From Gammaproteobacteria bacterium (GTDB taxonomy: Bacteria > Pseudomonadota > Gammaproteobacteria > Arenicellales > Poriferihabitantaceae): 64,000 nucleotides of DNA. A program made the translations under genes and the position numbers. The notes beneath the pieces are model-generated. The model searched no databases. It was not told the DNA's origin and saw only the letters and a list, made by a program, of their open reading frames with translations. The DNA is taken from NCBI GenBank assembly GCA_024644945.1, contig JAHEGU010000001.1, positions 217,937 through 281,936 on the forward strand, written 5' to 3'. The number at the start of each line of letters is the position of its first letter. Positions within the stretch are counted from its first letter, which is position 1. Positions 1 through 9,649 of this stretch are shown here, one piece after another.

Positions 1-1056
1 ACCGGATTCCGCCACTCGGTGCATTGCGCGGCTGCGGATTTGAACCTCAATTGGTTGCCCGTGCGGGCCAAATACTGAAGTATGTATTGACTGGTAGCCA
101 TTTGCTTTGGGTATCGCTATATAGTCTTTGAAAGTGGCTGGCCTCGGTTTATACAGGTTATGAATCACGCCTAGACTTAAGTAACACTGATTGCGGTCCT
201 GGGTGATTATTCTCAGAGCGTTGATGTCAACAATATCGCGTAGCTCCTTCTTGTTCCGTTTTTGCGCTTTGCGGTATATGCTGTAGATATTCTTTTCCCG
301 TCCCTCAACCTCAGCTTCAATCTGATGGCGAGATAGTGCTACTCTGATTTGGGTGCAGGCTTCATCAACAGCAGATTTACGGCCACGCTTGTTGGCTCGT
401 ACCATTTTTCGAATAGCCGAGTATCGGGCGGGGTAAAGGTTCTGAAATGCCAGGTCTTCCAGAGTGCTGGACAAGTCTCGCATCCCCATTCGATTGGCTA
501 TAGGCGCATAGATATCCAGAGTCTGGCGGGCTATTCGCCTGCGCTTCTCTTCGTGCAGAGAATCCAGAGTGCGCATATTGTGAAGCCGATCGCATACCTT
601 GATAATGATCACCCGTATATCGTGGGCCATGGCCATGAACATCTTGCGAAACGACGCAGCTTCAGCGCGTTCCTTTGACTCATCCTCGAGTTGACTGACT
701 TTACTAACGCCGTCGACTAAGTGTGCGACGTCTTCGCCGAATTGTTCAGCTATTTGATCAAGAGTAATCGTGGTGTCTTCGACCACATCATGCAGAATGG
801 CAGCAACGATCGTACGACTATCCATACGCATTTCGCCGAGAATTTCGGCTACCGCCACCGGATGTGAAATATATGCTTCTCCGCTCTGGCGAGTCTGCCC
901 TTCATGAGCGTCGGCACCAAATTCGCAGGCTTTTTCTATCTCCGCTAGAGCCTCGGAGTCCATATAGGCTCCGAGGTTTTTTAGCAACTTTTTAACGAGG
1001 GGCCGGTGCGAAGCTGCGGCCCAGGGTCGGAATAACTTAGCTTCCGACAGTGGCAT
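1..1056 (-). CDS. spoT: bifunctional (p)ppGpp synthetase/hydrolase, SpoT/RelA family; N-terminal 352 codons only (3' end leaves the window)
   Basis: Absent from the ORF track because there is no stop in the window. Manual minus-strand translation from ATG (cat at 1054-1056) stays open to base 1. It reads ADAHEGQTRQSGEAYISHPVAVAEILGEMRMDSRTIVAAILHDVVEDT (HD hydrolase), then IYSIYRKAQKRN, ALRIITQD, DYIAIPKANGYQSIHT and EVQIRS (synthetase motifs). It lies directly downstream of rpoZ. The exact start codon is uncertain. Confidence 0.9.
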   Translation of the reverse strand, partial: MPLSEAKLFRPWAAASHRPLVKKLLKNLGAYMDSEALAEIEKACEFGADAHEGQTRQSGEAYISHPVAVAEILGEMRMDSRTIVAAILHDVVEDTTITLDQIAEQFGEDVAHLVDGVSKVSQLEDESKERAEAASFRKMFMAMAHDIRVIIIKVCDRLHNMRTLDSLHEEKRRRIARQTLDIYAPIANRMGMRDLSSTLEDLAFQNLYPARYSAIRKMVRANKRGRKSAVDEACTQIRVALSRHQIEAEVEGREKNIYSIYRKAQKRNKKELRDIVDINALRIITQDRNQCYLSLGVIHNLYKPRPATFKDYIAIPKANGYQSIHTSVFGPHGQPIEVQIRSRAMHRVAESG

Positions 1057-1098
1057 TAATGATTAATGCCGTTTCTGCGCCACACAGATGACATCCGG

Positions 1099-1431
1099 TT
1101 AATGGGGGTTGTCAGCGCCGGCTTCCAGGCCTTCAGTGGAAGACGCAGACTCCTCTTGACCAGGTAATTCACCTTGTTCGCTGGTCTCTAGGCCTTCTTC
1201 AGATTCACCAAAGTTGAGTTCCGGTATCGAGGTGTCCTCGTCCAGAATTTCGGGTCCGATGAAGCCCTCTGCGATCTCTCGCAGAGCGATTACGGTAGGC
1301 TTGTCGTTTTCTGCAGGGACATGAGGCTCGGCGCCCAGTATGAGCTGTCGCGCGCGCTTAGTTGCCACAAGCACCAGCTGAAAGCGATTATCGACATTTT
1401 CAAGACAATCAGTGACAGTTATTCTTGCCAT
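1099..1431 (-). CDS. rpoZ: DNA-directed RNA polymerase subunit omega
   Basis: [30 protein letters not shown] is the canonical omega N-terminus. It has an acidic C-terminal tail. gmk-rpoZ-spoT synteny supports the call. Confidence 0.95.
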   Translation of the reverse strand: MARITVTDCLENVDNRFQLVLVATKRARQLILGAEPHVPAENDKPTVIALREIAEGFIGPEILDEDTSIPELNFGESEEGLETSEQGELPGQEESASSTEGLEAGADNPH

Positions 1432-1492
1432 GTTAAGTTCCTATTTAATAATGAGTTGAATGTTACCAAAAACCAGGGAATTTATTGCGGAT

Positions 1493-2059
1493 TTACCCGG
1501 TTTTATCAAGAGACATCAATGCTGCGCCAAGATCTGCTAGTGCTGTATCAAACTCCAAATTAACCACGACACGGTCATATTCGCCCTTATGACTAATTTC
1601 GTTTTGCGCTTCCTGCATGCGTCTGGCAATAACCTGTTCGCTATCCTGACCGCGGTCTCGTAACCGCTGTTCGAGCACTGCCAGTGATGGCGGCATCACG
1701 AATACAGAGAGTGCATCTGGAAATTTCTCACGTACTTTACGCGCGCCTTGCCAGTCAATCTCCAGTATCGCATGTTTGCCCTGCTCTAACTGGTCGTTAA
1801 TGGCTTTGATAGAGGTTCCATAATAGTTCCCGAAAACGGCGGCATATTCTACGAACTGATGGTCATTGATCATCTGTTCAAAGGTGCTCAGATCCACAAA
1901 GTGATAGTGAACGCCATCGATCTCCCCCGGTCGCTGGGCCCTTGTGGTATGAGAAACCGTAATGCCAATATCACTCCGTGAAAACACCAAAGCCTGAGTT
2001 AGACTGGTTTTGCCGGCACCGGACGGTGCCGATACGATCATTACACCGGGGGTGCTCAT
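1493..2059 (-). CDS. gmk: guanylate kinase
   Basis: P-loop SAPSGAGKTSL, TTRAQRPGEIDGVHYHF motif, length 188 aa, position upstream of rpoZ. Confidence 0.95.
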   Translation of the reverse strand: MSTPGVMIVSAPSGAGKTSLTQALVFSRSDIGITVSHTTRAQRPGEIDGVHYHFVDLSTFEQMINDHQFVEYAAVFGNYYGTSIKAINDQLEQGKHAILEIDWQGARKVREKFPDALSVFVMPPSLAVLEQRLRDRGQDSEQVIARRMQEAQNEISHKGEYDRVVVNLEFDTALADLGAALMSLDKTG

Positions 2060-2140
2060 GGGTATATCAAGGGTTTAAGGATAATTCGGGGGAAAAGCAA
2101 CCCGTCTGAACAGAAGCCCTGTCAGCGCGGGATCGGTATT

Positions 2141-3007
2141 CTATTCTATATTCTGCACTTGTTCACGCATCTGATCGATCAACACCTTGAGTTCAACCGA
2201 GGCGTTTGTGTTGCGCATGTCAACGGATTTCGATCCGAGCGTGTTAGCCTCCCGGTTGAGTTCCTGCATCAGGAAATCAAGTCGCCGTCCGGCTGGTTTA
2301 GTGCCACTCAAAACACGATGGACTTCGTCGAAGTGTGTGTCAAGCCTGTCCAACTCCTCGCTGACATCGTTTCGTGTCAGAAGCAACGCCATTTCCTGCG
2401 CCATCCTGACCGGTTCGATTTCTTCTCCAAGTTCTGCCAGCCGTCTTTGCCAGCGCTGTTTCATACTGAGTTCAATGTCGGATAAGCTGGCTCGTAATTC
2501 CGCAACGATCTGTCGCGCAGAAGCGATGCGGTCATTGATCAACTGCTGCATACGCGCACCCTCTCGCTGGCGCGACTGCAGTAGTTCATCAACAGCTTCC
2601 CCAAGGGATTTTAAGGCGGTCTCTTTTAGACTCTCAATGTCGTTATCAGGTTCATGTATAGCACCTGGCCAGCGAAGAATATCGCATGGATTTACCGCAC
2701 CGATATTTTTCACCTGCTTTTCTATTTCAGTGATTGCCTTACCCAGAGCGGCCACGACTTCTGAATTCACTGAAAATTCTGGTCCCAACTCTTTCGTAGG
2801 TTCGTGTTTCAGTAATACGTCGATACGACCACGATTGAGACGTCCGTTTATCAATTCTCGACAGCCGGTTTCCAGGATTCGAAGCTCTTCGGGCAGCTTC
2901 AAATGGACATCGAGGTAGCGGTGATTCACACTACGAATCTCCCACACAAGCTGCCCCCCTGGTAACTCGGCCTGGGATCGGCAAAACGCGGTCATGCTGG
3001 CAGTCAT
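2141..3007 (-). CDS. yicC: YicC family stress-induced protein
   Basis: N-terminus SMTAFCRS, conserved C-terminus RRLDFLMQELNREANTLGSKS...ELKVLIDQMREQVQNIE, 288 aa. The start may be the internal Met 4 codons downstream. Confidence 0.9.
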   Translation of the reverse strand: MTASMTAFCRSQAELPGGQLVWEIRSVNHRYLDVHLKLPEELRILETGCRELINGRLNRGRIDVLLKHEPTKELGPEFSVNSEVVAALGKAITEIEKQVKNIGAVNPCDILRWPGAIHEPDNDIESLKETALKSLGEAVDELLQSRQREGARMQQLINDRIASARQIVAELRASLSDIELSMKQRWQRRLAELGEEIEPVRMAQEMALLLTRNDVSEELDRLDTHFDEVHRVLSGTKPAGRRLDFLMQELNREANTLGSKSVDMRNTNASVELKVLIDQMREQVQNIE

Positions 3008-3374
3008 CAGGGTCTTCTATTGCGATCGGTTTCAGGACGCGGGAATATAGCAAAGGTCGCACGGCAAGAGTGGATGCATCTCTATATTTCCTGAGTTCTA
3101 TGCGCAACGGGCCTGATTACGCTGGGGTTCAATGAAGTGATCTGCTACTATCCCGTTTGGAGGTCGGTTTACCGTGGTTGGGTATTTTCCAGGCTAGTGC
3201 CGCAAAACTGCAGGAAATATCTTAAGCTAACGGTAAGCACAATCCAGTTCGTCGAATTCGAATGCGTCATCGCTGTATTAAGTATTCTGTGAAAAACTAC
3301 CTGAGGTATCCAAATACCAACGGTATTGGGTATGATCGGAACATGCATAGATTGCTGTCAAAATAAACTGGGAC

Positions 3375-4367
3375 ATGGGGATTTTTAATAAAAAGCCGCT
3401 GAACCACCCTCACCAGAATGAGGCTGCGAACGCGGAAAAGGAAGAAGATACACGACGCTATCCGATACTAGCCGGGGAAAGCATAGAGAATTACCTGGTC
3501 GAGGGGGTAATCGGCGGCGGGGGTTTCAGTATCGTTTACCGAGCGTTCGATGCCACCCTAGGAGAGAGCGTAGTACTCAAGGAGTATTTCCCCAACCTTC
3601 TGGCAATTCGGGGTGAGGGCAACGCAATTAAACCGATTAGTCCGAAGAAAAAATCTGCATTTGATGTGGGCATGCAGCAGTTTTTTGCCGAAGCGCATGC
3701 ACTATCGAAGGTCTCACATCCCCATGTGATCAATATCATTAATGTGTTTCGCAGTAACAATACCGCTTATATGGTGTCAAAGCTGCAACCAGGGAGAGAT
3801 TTAAGGTGGATGATCAAACGCTGTCAGGGTGATCTTGATCAGAATTTTATTCAAAAAGTAATGCCGCCGGTTATTTCAGGTGTGGATATGCTGCATGAGA
3901 GCGGCATACTGCATCTCGATATTAAACCCGCAAATATTCTATTGCGCGCCGCGGGCGGGCCATTGTTGCTGGATTTTGGAGCCAGCAAGACAATGAGTCG
4001 GCAGGAGAGGTTCAGTAGTTTCCAGACCTTGACCCCGGGATTTGCACCACCGGAGCAGCATCACAAACGTGAACTTGGGCCAGGTTCGGATATCTATGCC
4101 CTGGGCGCCACTATTTACGCCTGCGTCACCGGTAAGCCGCCCCCCACGTCCCTCAAACGCGAACAAAAGGAAAACGAACTGAAACTAAAGGGGGCGGATA
4201 AAAACGTTTCTCTGTCGGTGATCGAGGCACTTAAATGGGCCCTGGAACTCGACATCGCGGACCGACCCCAAACCATTTCTGAATTTGCTAATCTGTTGCT
4301 CCAGGACTCCGAATGGGGGTCGTTTGATGCTTTTCAGGATCAGCTGCTCGAAGAATTAAACTCCTGA
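3375..4367 (+). CDS. Hanks-type serine/threonine protein kinase, catalytic domain only
   Basis: Gly-loop GGGGFSIVY, VVLKEY (VAIK Lys), HLDIKPANILL catalytic loop, DFGASK (DFG), TPGFAPPEQ (APE-like), DIYALGAT. There are no TM or sensor domains. 330 aa. Confidence 0.85.
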   Translation: MGIFNKKPLNHPHQNEAANAEKEEDTRRYPILAGESIENYLVEGVIGGGGFSIVYRAFDATLGESVVLKEYFPNLLAIRGEGNAIKPISPKKKSAFDVGMQQFFAEAHALSKVSHPHVINIINVFRSNNTAYMVSKLQPGRDLRWMIKRCQGDLDQNFIQKVMPPVISGVDMLHESGILHLDIKPANILLRAAGGPLLLDFGASKTMSRQERFSSFQTLTPGFAPPEQHHKRELGPGSDIYALGATIYACVTGKPPPTSLKREQKENELKLKGADKNVSLSVIEALKWALELDIADRPQTISEFANLLLQDSEWGSFDAFQDQLLEELNS

Positions 4368-5201
4368 GTTTTCCCGCGGCCGAATCCCGGTCCTGGTCCC
4401 TTCCGGCAATGCTTCGGTTGCCGGTTGATCTTGTTCCGGTTCGTTAACGCGCAGCTGCAAACGCCGGTAGTCAAAACCCGCCTCAACCGTTGGCTTCACG
4501 ACACGAAAGAACGGAGAAACGTCGAAATCCCGGGGCGTGAACAGACTGTGATGACGGATATGCAGTATTTCCTGCTCAATGTACCAGTCCTTTGAGTGAG
4601 GCTGAGGTGATTCTATCTTTGGCAGTATCGGATATCCGATTGACTGAAAAGACTGTGCAATCATTGTTGAACAAATGGCGCGAGACGGGTCACCGCTGCC
4701 CAGTGCAATCATGCGACGCCTGAACCTGGCTGGTACTGGCGGTGTTGGCAGCAGGTAGCGCGCAAGGTCGAGAACATGTTTAAGATCATAGTCTTTGCCT
4801 ATCCCAGCAACCATTAGGTTCACCAGCGTATCCCGGTCTTCGTCAGTGAGATTCAGCGGTCTGCATATCCGAGTATTCAAATTGAAGTAGCGAGAGAGCG
4901 GTGATGCAATGACTCCTTTTCCTAACTCCGCCTCGATCAGCGGACAAGGTTCTCCATTTTCGGTGACGACACCAGTCTTATCGCCGGCGTAGAAAGCCGC
5001 ATGAGACCATGTCGACTGGGTCAGATATTTAATAGCACTGCTGATTCGAGTGTCTCCCTCTACCAGTAGGACATCCCCTGGTACAAGGTAGTGCATCAGC
5101 CGTGGAGACTCGTGGCTTGAGAAGCTCGAGTAACACTTAATGGTTTTGGTTAGGTAGTTTGCGAGGCCTTTGCCGATTAGCCTGCGGATCTTGGTCAGCA
5201 T
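4356..5201 (-). CDS. YiiX/YaeF-like permuted papain-fold (NlpC/P60 superfamily) cysteine hydrolase
   Basis: PGDVLLVEGDTRISSAIKYLTQSTWSHAAFYAG...LIEAELGKGV...DYDL...AICSTMIAQSF matches the permuted order (His-containing segment before the Cys segment) typical of the C92/YiiX family. The family assignment is from memory of motifs. Confidence 0.65.
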   Translation of the reverse strand: MLTKIRRLIGKGLANYLTKTIKCYSSFSSHESPRLMHYLVPGDVLLVEGDTRISSAIKYLTQSTWSHAAFYAGDKTGVVTENGEPCPLIEAELGKGVIASPLSRYFNLNTRICRPLNLTDEDRDTLVNLMVAGIGKDYDLKHVLDLARYLLPTPPVPARFRRRMIALGSGDPSRAICSTMIAQSFQSIGYPILPKIESPQPHSKDWYIEQEILHIRHHSLFTPRDFDVSPFFRVVKPTVEAGFDYRRLQLRVNEPEQDQPATEALPEGTRTGIRPRENSGV

Positions 5202-5233
5202 CTGCTCAGCACTCCGCTGCGAAAAAATAACGG

Positions 5234-5356
5234 TTAGGTTTTGACCTGTCGCTTCTGGATTCGTTCACGTATACCGCGCAGTACCCATCCCAAAATGAAG
5301 CCGGCAACAGCCATGATCACCAACCCTACCGCAATTTCACCCATTAAAAAAACCAT
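5234..5356 (-). CDS. possible 40-aa single-pass membrane peptide
   Basis: Manual translation gives MVFLMGEIAVGLVIMAVAGFILGWVLRGIRERIQKRQVKT, a hydrophobic helix followed by a basic tail. It sits between the BON and YiiX-like genes on the same strand. It is below the ORF-track size cut-off. Confidence 0.3.
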   Translation of the reverse strand: MVFLMGEIAVGLVIMAVAGFILGWVLRGIRERIQKRQVKT

Positions 5357-5365
5357 GATCCAATT

Positions 5366-6838
5366 CTAGTTCATTGGTGTTATACCTTGTGCACCCTGGA
5401 ACGATACGCCGGCAACGGTCAGCCAGTTTGTAAACTGCATGTCCGGAAACACTGATTCCAGGGCCTCGGTCACCGATTGTTTCTCGGCCCGACTCGACAC
5501 CTGTCCGCTCACAAAGACACCATCATCCGCCACCGTCAGCCCAAAAACTGTTCGTGGCATTTGCTTGAGAATTGACCACTGCTCGAGCCAAGGCGTGAAA
5601 GCGATGTTGGGCTCAATATTGATGAAATCCTCCACTTGGTCAACCCCCAAGGTTTGCTGCAAAGCAGTAAGCAGGTTTTCACGACTGCGATGATTTGGCA
5701 GCCGACCGGTTATGATTGCCTGTTTGCTGTCTCGGAATAACGAAATTTCAGGAGCGCGGTCCGCAGCATCGACAAAAATTTGATTATCTGTGGACTGGGA
5801 TAAACCGGCTTGTTCAATAGCCAAAACGATCTCGCCTAATCTTTGTGCAGTATCGACGCGGCCCCAAATCACAAGCCCATCAGCGCTGGTTTCCAGCCGC
5901 AGATCATGGACCTGATCGAGTGCAGGGATCAGGTTCGCGCTGTTGGATAGCAGTTTTGATTGTTTGATTGTGCCGTCAATTTTTAAGCGTTTACTGATAT
6001 CTTGTTCACCGGAATCAGCGACGAGCGAACCAAAACCGCTTTCCAGCCGGTTCCCCGTTTGCATATCAGCTACCCGGGCAGATATTGCCGCTCCATTCCA
6101 TCCCGCAATCAAGGAAAGACTGGGGTGGCCCGGCGCTACAGGCGTGCGGATTTGATAATCTATGCGAATTGTGGGGTCTAGGCTCGCCGGTAATCCGTAT
6201 CTGACCTGCCGGGCGAGGCGCTGAGAATCAGCCAAACCATCGACCAAAAGAGCGTCGCGCCAGCCGTGCAGGTCATACTCTCGCAGTTTTGCGAGGGTGC
6301 TGAGAGCCTGCTCAAGCCCATCCAACCAGAGAGGTCGACCAAGCCGATCATCGATCTGAATCCGATCACGCAACCCGATTTCGGGGTAGGCTCGTTGAAC
6401 TGCCCGGACCACAATGTCGAGATCATTACCGGATAGTTTGCCGCGCATATCGATTTTGTCAGCCGAACGGCTTATATGAATTTCCGCGGAAGGCAATGGT
6501 TGTTCATCAAGTTCGTTGACGACTTGTCGAACCCCAGGCAGGTTTCGAATTATGCGCACTTCCCGCTCTAGACCCAGGCCAGGTTCCACCGTCCCGCGCA
6601 TCACCACGTTTCTGCCATCCACAATTGCCAGTGGTCGGGCCCATGGACGTGACTCAAAAACACTGTCTATGTGATCGCTGATTTTTGAAGGAATTCGTTG
6701 AAGGTAGAAACTAGTAAAAGCAATTAAAAGGGTCGTCATTACCACCGACCCCCAGTACACTGCTTTTTGCATGGCCTGTTTGGGCGGCAGGGATTCAAAT
6801 TCAGCTCGTTGCAGGCGAGTCCAGCTACCCAGTCTCAT
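5366..6838 (-). CDS. membrane-anchored protein with about six BON-like repeats
   Basis: N-terminal TM segment (WGSVVMTTLLIAFTSFYL), then repeated modules of the type xVxxGxVxxxxxxxxxxxxxxxxxGVxxVxNxl. Examples are VVMRGTVE...NLPGVRQVVNEL, LVIWGRVDTAQRLGEIVLAIEQAG, AIITGRLPNHRSRENLLTALQQTLGVDQVEDFINIE and VFVSGQVSSRAEKQSVTEALESVF. There is a 4-nt overlap with the upstream gene. Confidence 0.7.
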   Translation of the reverse strand: MRLGSWTRLQRAEFESLPPKQAMQKAVYWGSVVMTTLLIAFTSFYLQRIPSKISDHIDSVFESRPWARPLAIVDGRNVVMRGTVEPGLGLEREVRIIRNLPGVRQVVNELDEQPLPSAEIHISRSADKIDMRGKLSGNDLDIVVRAVQRAYPEIGLRDRIQIDDRLGRPLWLDGLEQALSTLAKLREYDLHGWRDALLVDGLADSQRLARQVRYGLPASLDPTIRIDYQIRTPVAPGHPSLSLIAGWNGAAISARVADMQTGNRLESGFGSLVADSGEQDISKRLKIDGTIKQSKLLSNSANLIPALDQVHDLRLETSADGLVIWGRVDTAQRLGEIVLAIEQAGLSQSTDNQIFVDAADRAPEISLFRDSKQAIITGRLPNHRSRENLLTALQQTLGVDQVEDFINIEPNIAFTPWLEQWSILKQMPRTVFGLTVADDGVFVSGQVSSRAEKQSVTEALESVFPDMQFTNWLTVAGVSFQGAQGITPMN

Positions 6839-7992
6839 AAAACTATCGACTCTGATTGGGTCGAGCGCTGATAGGGTGAGTGCGCTTGCACGGCGCGCAT
6901 ATAGCCTCTGACGCCGGACTGTTCCCTTTGAACGAACTCCGCAATTGCCTGGCGAAACGGTCGACCGGCGATCCAGTGCAAGGATCGCGTTTCAGTGGGA
7001 ACAAAACCTCGGGCAATCTTATGTTCGCCCTGGGCGCCAGGATCGAATCGCTGTAGTTTTTTTTCGAGGCAATAGTCAATTCCCTGGTAGTAACACACCT
7101 CGAAGTGAAGACTGTCTAAATAGCCGTCGCATCCCCAGTGACGCCCGTACAGAGTTTTATCATCGGCATACATTAAAGCGCCTGCAATGCTGTTGTGACC
7201 ATCATCCACCAGGATCAACAGAATCTGGTCTGGCAAACTGGATGCAATGTCGAGAAAAAAATCGATATTAAAGGCTGGCGCGCCGTACTTTCGGTCATAA
7301 ATTTTCCGATAGAGTTTGGTGAAATCGCGCCAGTCCTGCTCGCTGGCCTGGTTACCATCCAAGGCTCGAATGTTGACCCCAGAATCCATTACTTTACGCC
7401 GCTCCTGGCGAATGTTTTTTCTTTTCTTTGATCTTAGAGTCGACAAAAAGTGATCGAAATGCGCATAACCTTTATTGTACCAGTGAAACTGACAGTCAAT
7501 CCTTGTCAAGGCTTGATCCTGATTGAGCAGAGTATAGTCATCTGGTTTTATAAACAGAGAATGTATGCCGCTGAACTCTCCTTGCCGCATAACCTGCTTA
7601 GCACCGGATAATAGTTTTCGGGCGATTTCCGCACGGCTTCCTGGTTGCGCAAGAAAACGTTGTCCGGTAGCTGGAGTAAACGGCACAGCGTTAACCAGTT
7701 TAGGGTAATACTGTATGCCTGCACGGTGATAGGCGTCAGCCCAGGCATGGTCAAAAACGAACTCTCCCCAGGAATTGTGTTTCTCATACATTGGCATCGC
7801 GCCAAGCAGCTGACCGCTGTCGTCATAACAGGCCAGGTGCCTTGGTATCCAACCTGAATGCTCACCGACACATTGATGCCGCTCCATGGCACCGAGAAAC
7901 TCATGTCGAAGGAACGGGTAATTGTCGATCACCAGCGCATTCCATTGGTCTCGCTTTATGTCGTCGATTCTTGAGTGGAGTTTTATTTTCAC
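6835..7992 (-). CDS. DUF482 / FemAB-like GNAT-fold acyltransferase family protein
   Basis: W(N)ALV...NPFLRHEFLGAMERHQCVGEHSGWIPRHL... and the C-terminal LHFEVCYYQGIDYCLEKKLQRFDPGAQGEHKIARGF are characteristic of the COG3146/DUF482 family. 385 aa. Confidence 0.8.
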   Translation of the reverse strand: MKIKLHSRIDDIKRDQWNALVIDNYPFLRHEFLGAMERHQCVGEHSGWIPRHLACYDDSGQLLGAMPMYEKHNSWGEFVFDHAWADAYHRAGIQYYPKLVNAVPFTPATGQRFLAQPGSRAEIARKLLSGAKQVMRQGEFSGIHSLFIKPDDYTLLNQDQALTRIDCQFHWYNKGYAHFDHFLSTLRSKKRKNIRQERRKVMDSGVNIRALDGNQASEQDWRDFTKLYRKIYDRKYGAPAFNIDFFLDIASSLPDQILLILVDDGHNSIAGALMYADDKTLYGRHWGCDGYLDSLHFEVCYYQGIDYCLEKKLQRFDPGAQGEHKIARGFVPTETRSLHWIAGRPFRQAIAEFVQREQSGVRGYMRAVQAHSPYQRSTQSESIVL

Positions 7993-8109
7993 CTCAATAT
8001 TTTACCAATCTAATATGAAGAAAAAGCGAATTAGCAAATGCTCGAGGGCAAGACACTAAAAAGACGACATACTATAATGGCAAAGAGTGTGAATTAATCA
8101 CTGGAGAGC

Positions 8110-9543
8110 GTGATGCCAAGGTACTGTACATTTCTGATTGTCCCCACTTGTTTAATAGCGCTGTCCGGCTGTGCGACAAATCCGGTCACCGGTGATGCCG
8201 ACTTCGTATTAATGAGTGAAGAACAGGAGATACAGCTCGGTCGTCAGACGCATATCGACGTCATGAAGCAATATCAGGAGTATGACGCCCCGGAGCTGCA
8301 GGCACTTGTTAACAATCTTGGTCAAGAACTCGCGGTGCAAAGCCATCGTAGTCATTTGAACTACACATTCACTCTGCTGGATTCACCTCAGGTCAATGCC
8401 TTTGCGACGCCAGGTGGCTATGTTTACATCACTCGCGGCATCCTCGCCTACATGAACAACGAAGAACAGCTTGCGGGCGTATTAGGACATGAACTCGGCC
8501 ATGTTACCGCGCGCCACAGCGTACGCCAGCACAGCGCCCAGACCACCGCGGGCCTTTTTAGCATAATCGCCGCGATGGCTACCGGCAGCAATAATGTAGG
8601 GCAGGTTACAGGACAATTTGGCCAGGCTTTTGTGAGTGGCTATGGGCGCAGCCACGAACTGGAGGCCGACCGGCTTGGCGCAGAATATCTCGCTGGGATC
8701 GGGTATGACCCAGAAATGATGCTGGGCGTGGTGGGAATATTAAAGGATCAGGAGGAGTTTGAGCGTCAGCGCGCGCGGGAGGAAAATCGCGAGCCGCGCG
8801 CCTATCATGGTGTGTTTTCTACGCATCCACGCAATGATCAACGCTTGCAAGAAGTGATCCGGGCAGCCGAGAAATTTAAGAACCCAGATGCTCGTTATAG
8901 CAATCCAGATAAGTTTTTGCGCATGCTGGATGGCGTGACTTTTGGCAACAGCGAAGACCAAGGGGTCATGCGAGGCAATCAGTTTTATCACAAGCCTCTT
9001 GATCTAACCATTGCGTTTCCAGATGAATGGCGGGTCGACAATCAACCGACCCAACTGGTTGCTCTCAATCCGGAACAAAACAGTGTGCTGCTAATTCGCC
9101 TCGGCAAATCGGGCGACGCCTCGTCCCCCGATCAGTTTCTTCGTCAAAACTTCGAGAATCTGCAGAATATAGAGCGAATCGATGATAAAAGTTCTGCTGG
9201 AATGACCCAAGGTACGACACCGTTCGGTCAGGTTCCAGTTAAAGTTGCCGCGGTGTTTCATGATGATAAGGTGTTGGTGATTAATGGCTTTGGCAAGCTT
9301 GGGCCGCCAGATCGAGAGTTTCTCGATACCGTGCAAAGCGTTCGAAAACTTAAACCAAATGAACGAAAACTCGCGACCAGTAAAAAGCTAAAAGTCATGC
9401 GGGCCAAACAAGGAGATACTTTTGCCACTCTAGCGCGCCAATTGGGCCTGGAACAATACGGCGAGGAAAATCTGCGGCTGCTCAATGGCATGTATCCTGA
9501 TGGAGAGCCTGAACCCGGACAATTAATCAAGATCATTCGATAA
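8110..9543 (+). CDS. M48 family zinc metalloprotease lipoprotein with C-terminal LysM-like domain
   Basis: Lipobox LIALSGC, HELGHVTARH (HExxH), downstream ELEADRLG. The C-terminus MRAKQGDTFATLARQLGL...LLNGMYPDGEPEPGQLIKII resembles LysM. Confidence 0.9.
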   Translation: MMPRYCTFLIVPTCLIALSGCATNPVTGDADFVLMSEEQEIQLGRQTHIDVMKQYQEYDAPELQALVNNLGQELAVQSHRSHLNYTFTLLDSPQVNAFATPGGYVYITRGILAYMNNEEQLAGVLGHELGHVTARHSVRQHSAQTTAGLFSIIAAMATGSNNVGQVTGQFGQAFVSGYGRSHELEADRLGAEYLAGIGYDPEMMLGVVGILKDQEEFERQRAREENREPRAYHGVFSTHPRNDQRLQEVIRAAEKFKNPDARYSNPDKFLRMLDGVTFGNSEDQGVMRGNQFYHKPLDLTIAFPDEWRVDNQPTQLVALNPEQNSVLLIRLGKSGDASSPDQFLRQNFENLQNIERIDDKSSAGMTQGTTPFGQVPVKVAAVFHDDKVLVINGFGKLGPPDREFLDTVQSVRKLKPNERKLATSKKLKVMRAKQGDTFATLARQLGLEQYGEENLRLLNGMYPDGEPEPGQLIKIIR

Positions 9544-9649
9544 TCTGTCATGCGTTGCGGATCGGTGCAAAGCGCTGCAAAGCATATGCTGAACAAGTGT
9601 TGTGACTGGCCACTGGAAAACCTCACCAATTCCTGTCAGCCTCTGATTT

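Noticed and set aside
349-678. ORF-track entries 349..678 (+) and 377..595 (-)
   Set aside because: Both lie inside the long open minus-strand SpoT frame (1-1056), which has unmistakable HD/RelA-SpoT motifs. These are alternate-frame or antisense artefacts.
1099-1200. Unusually long acidic C-terminal tail of RpoZ ([36 protein letters not shown])
   Set aside because: Variable acidic extensions of omega are common among gammaproteobacteria. This is not evidence of anything unusual.
2187-2918. 243-aa plus-strand ORF antisense to yicC
   Set aside because: It is Ser/Arg/Cys-rich and low-complexity with no motifs, and it fully overlaps a confidently identified gene. This is a typical shadow ORF.
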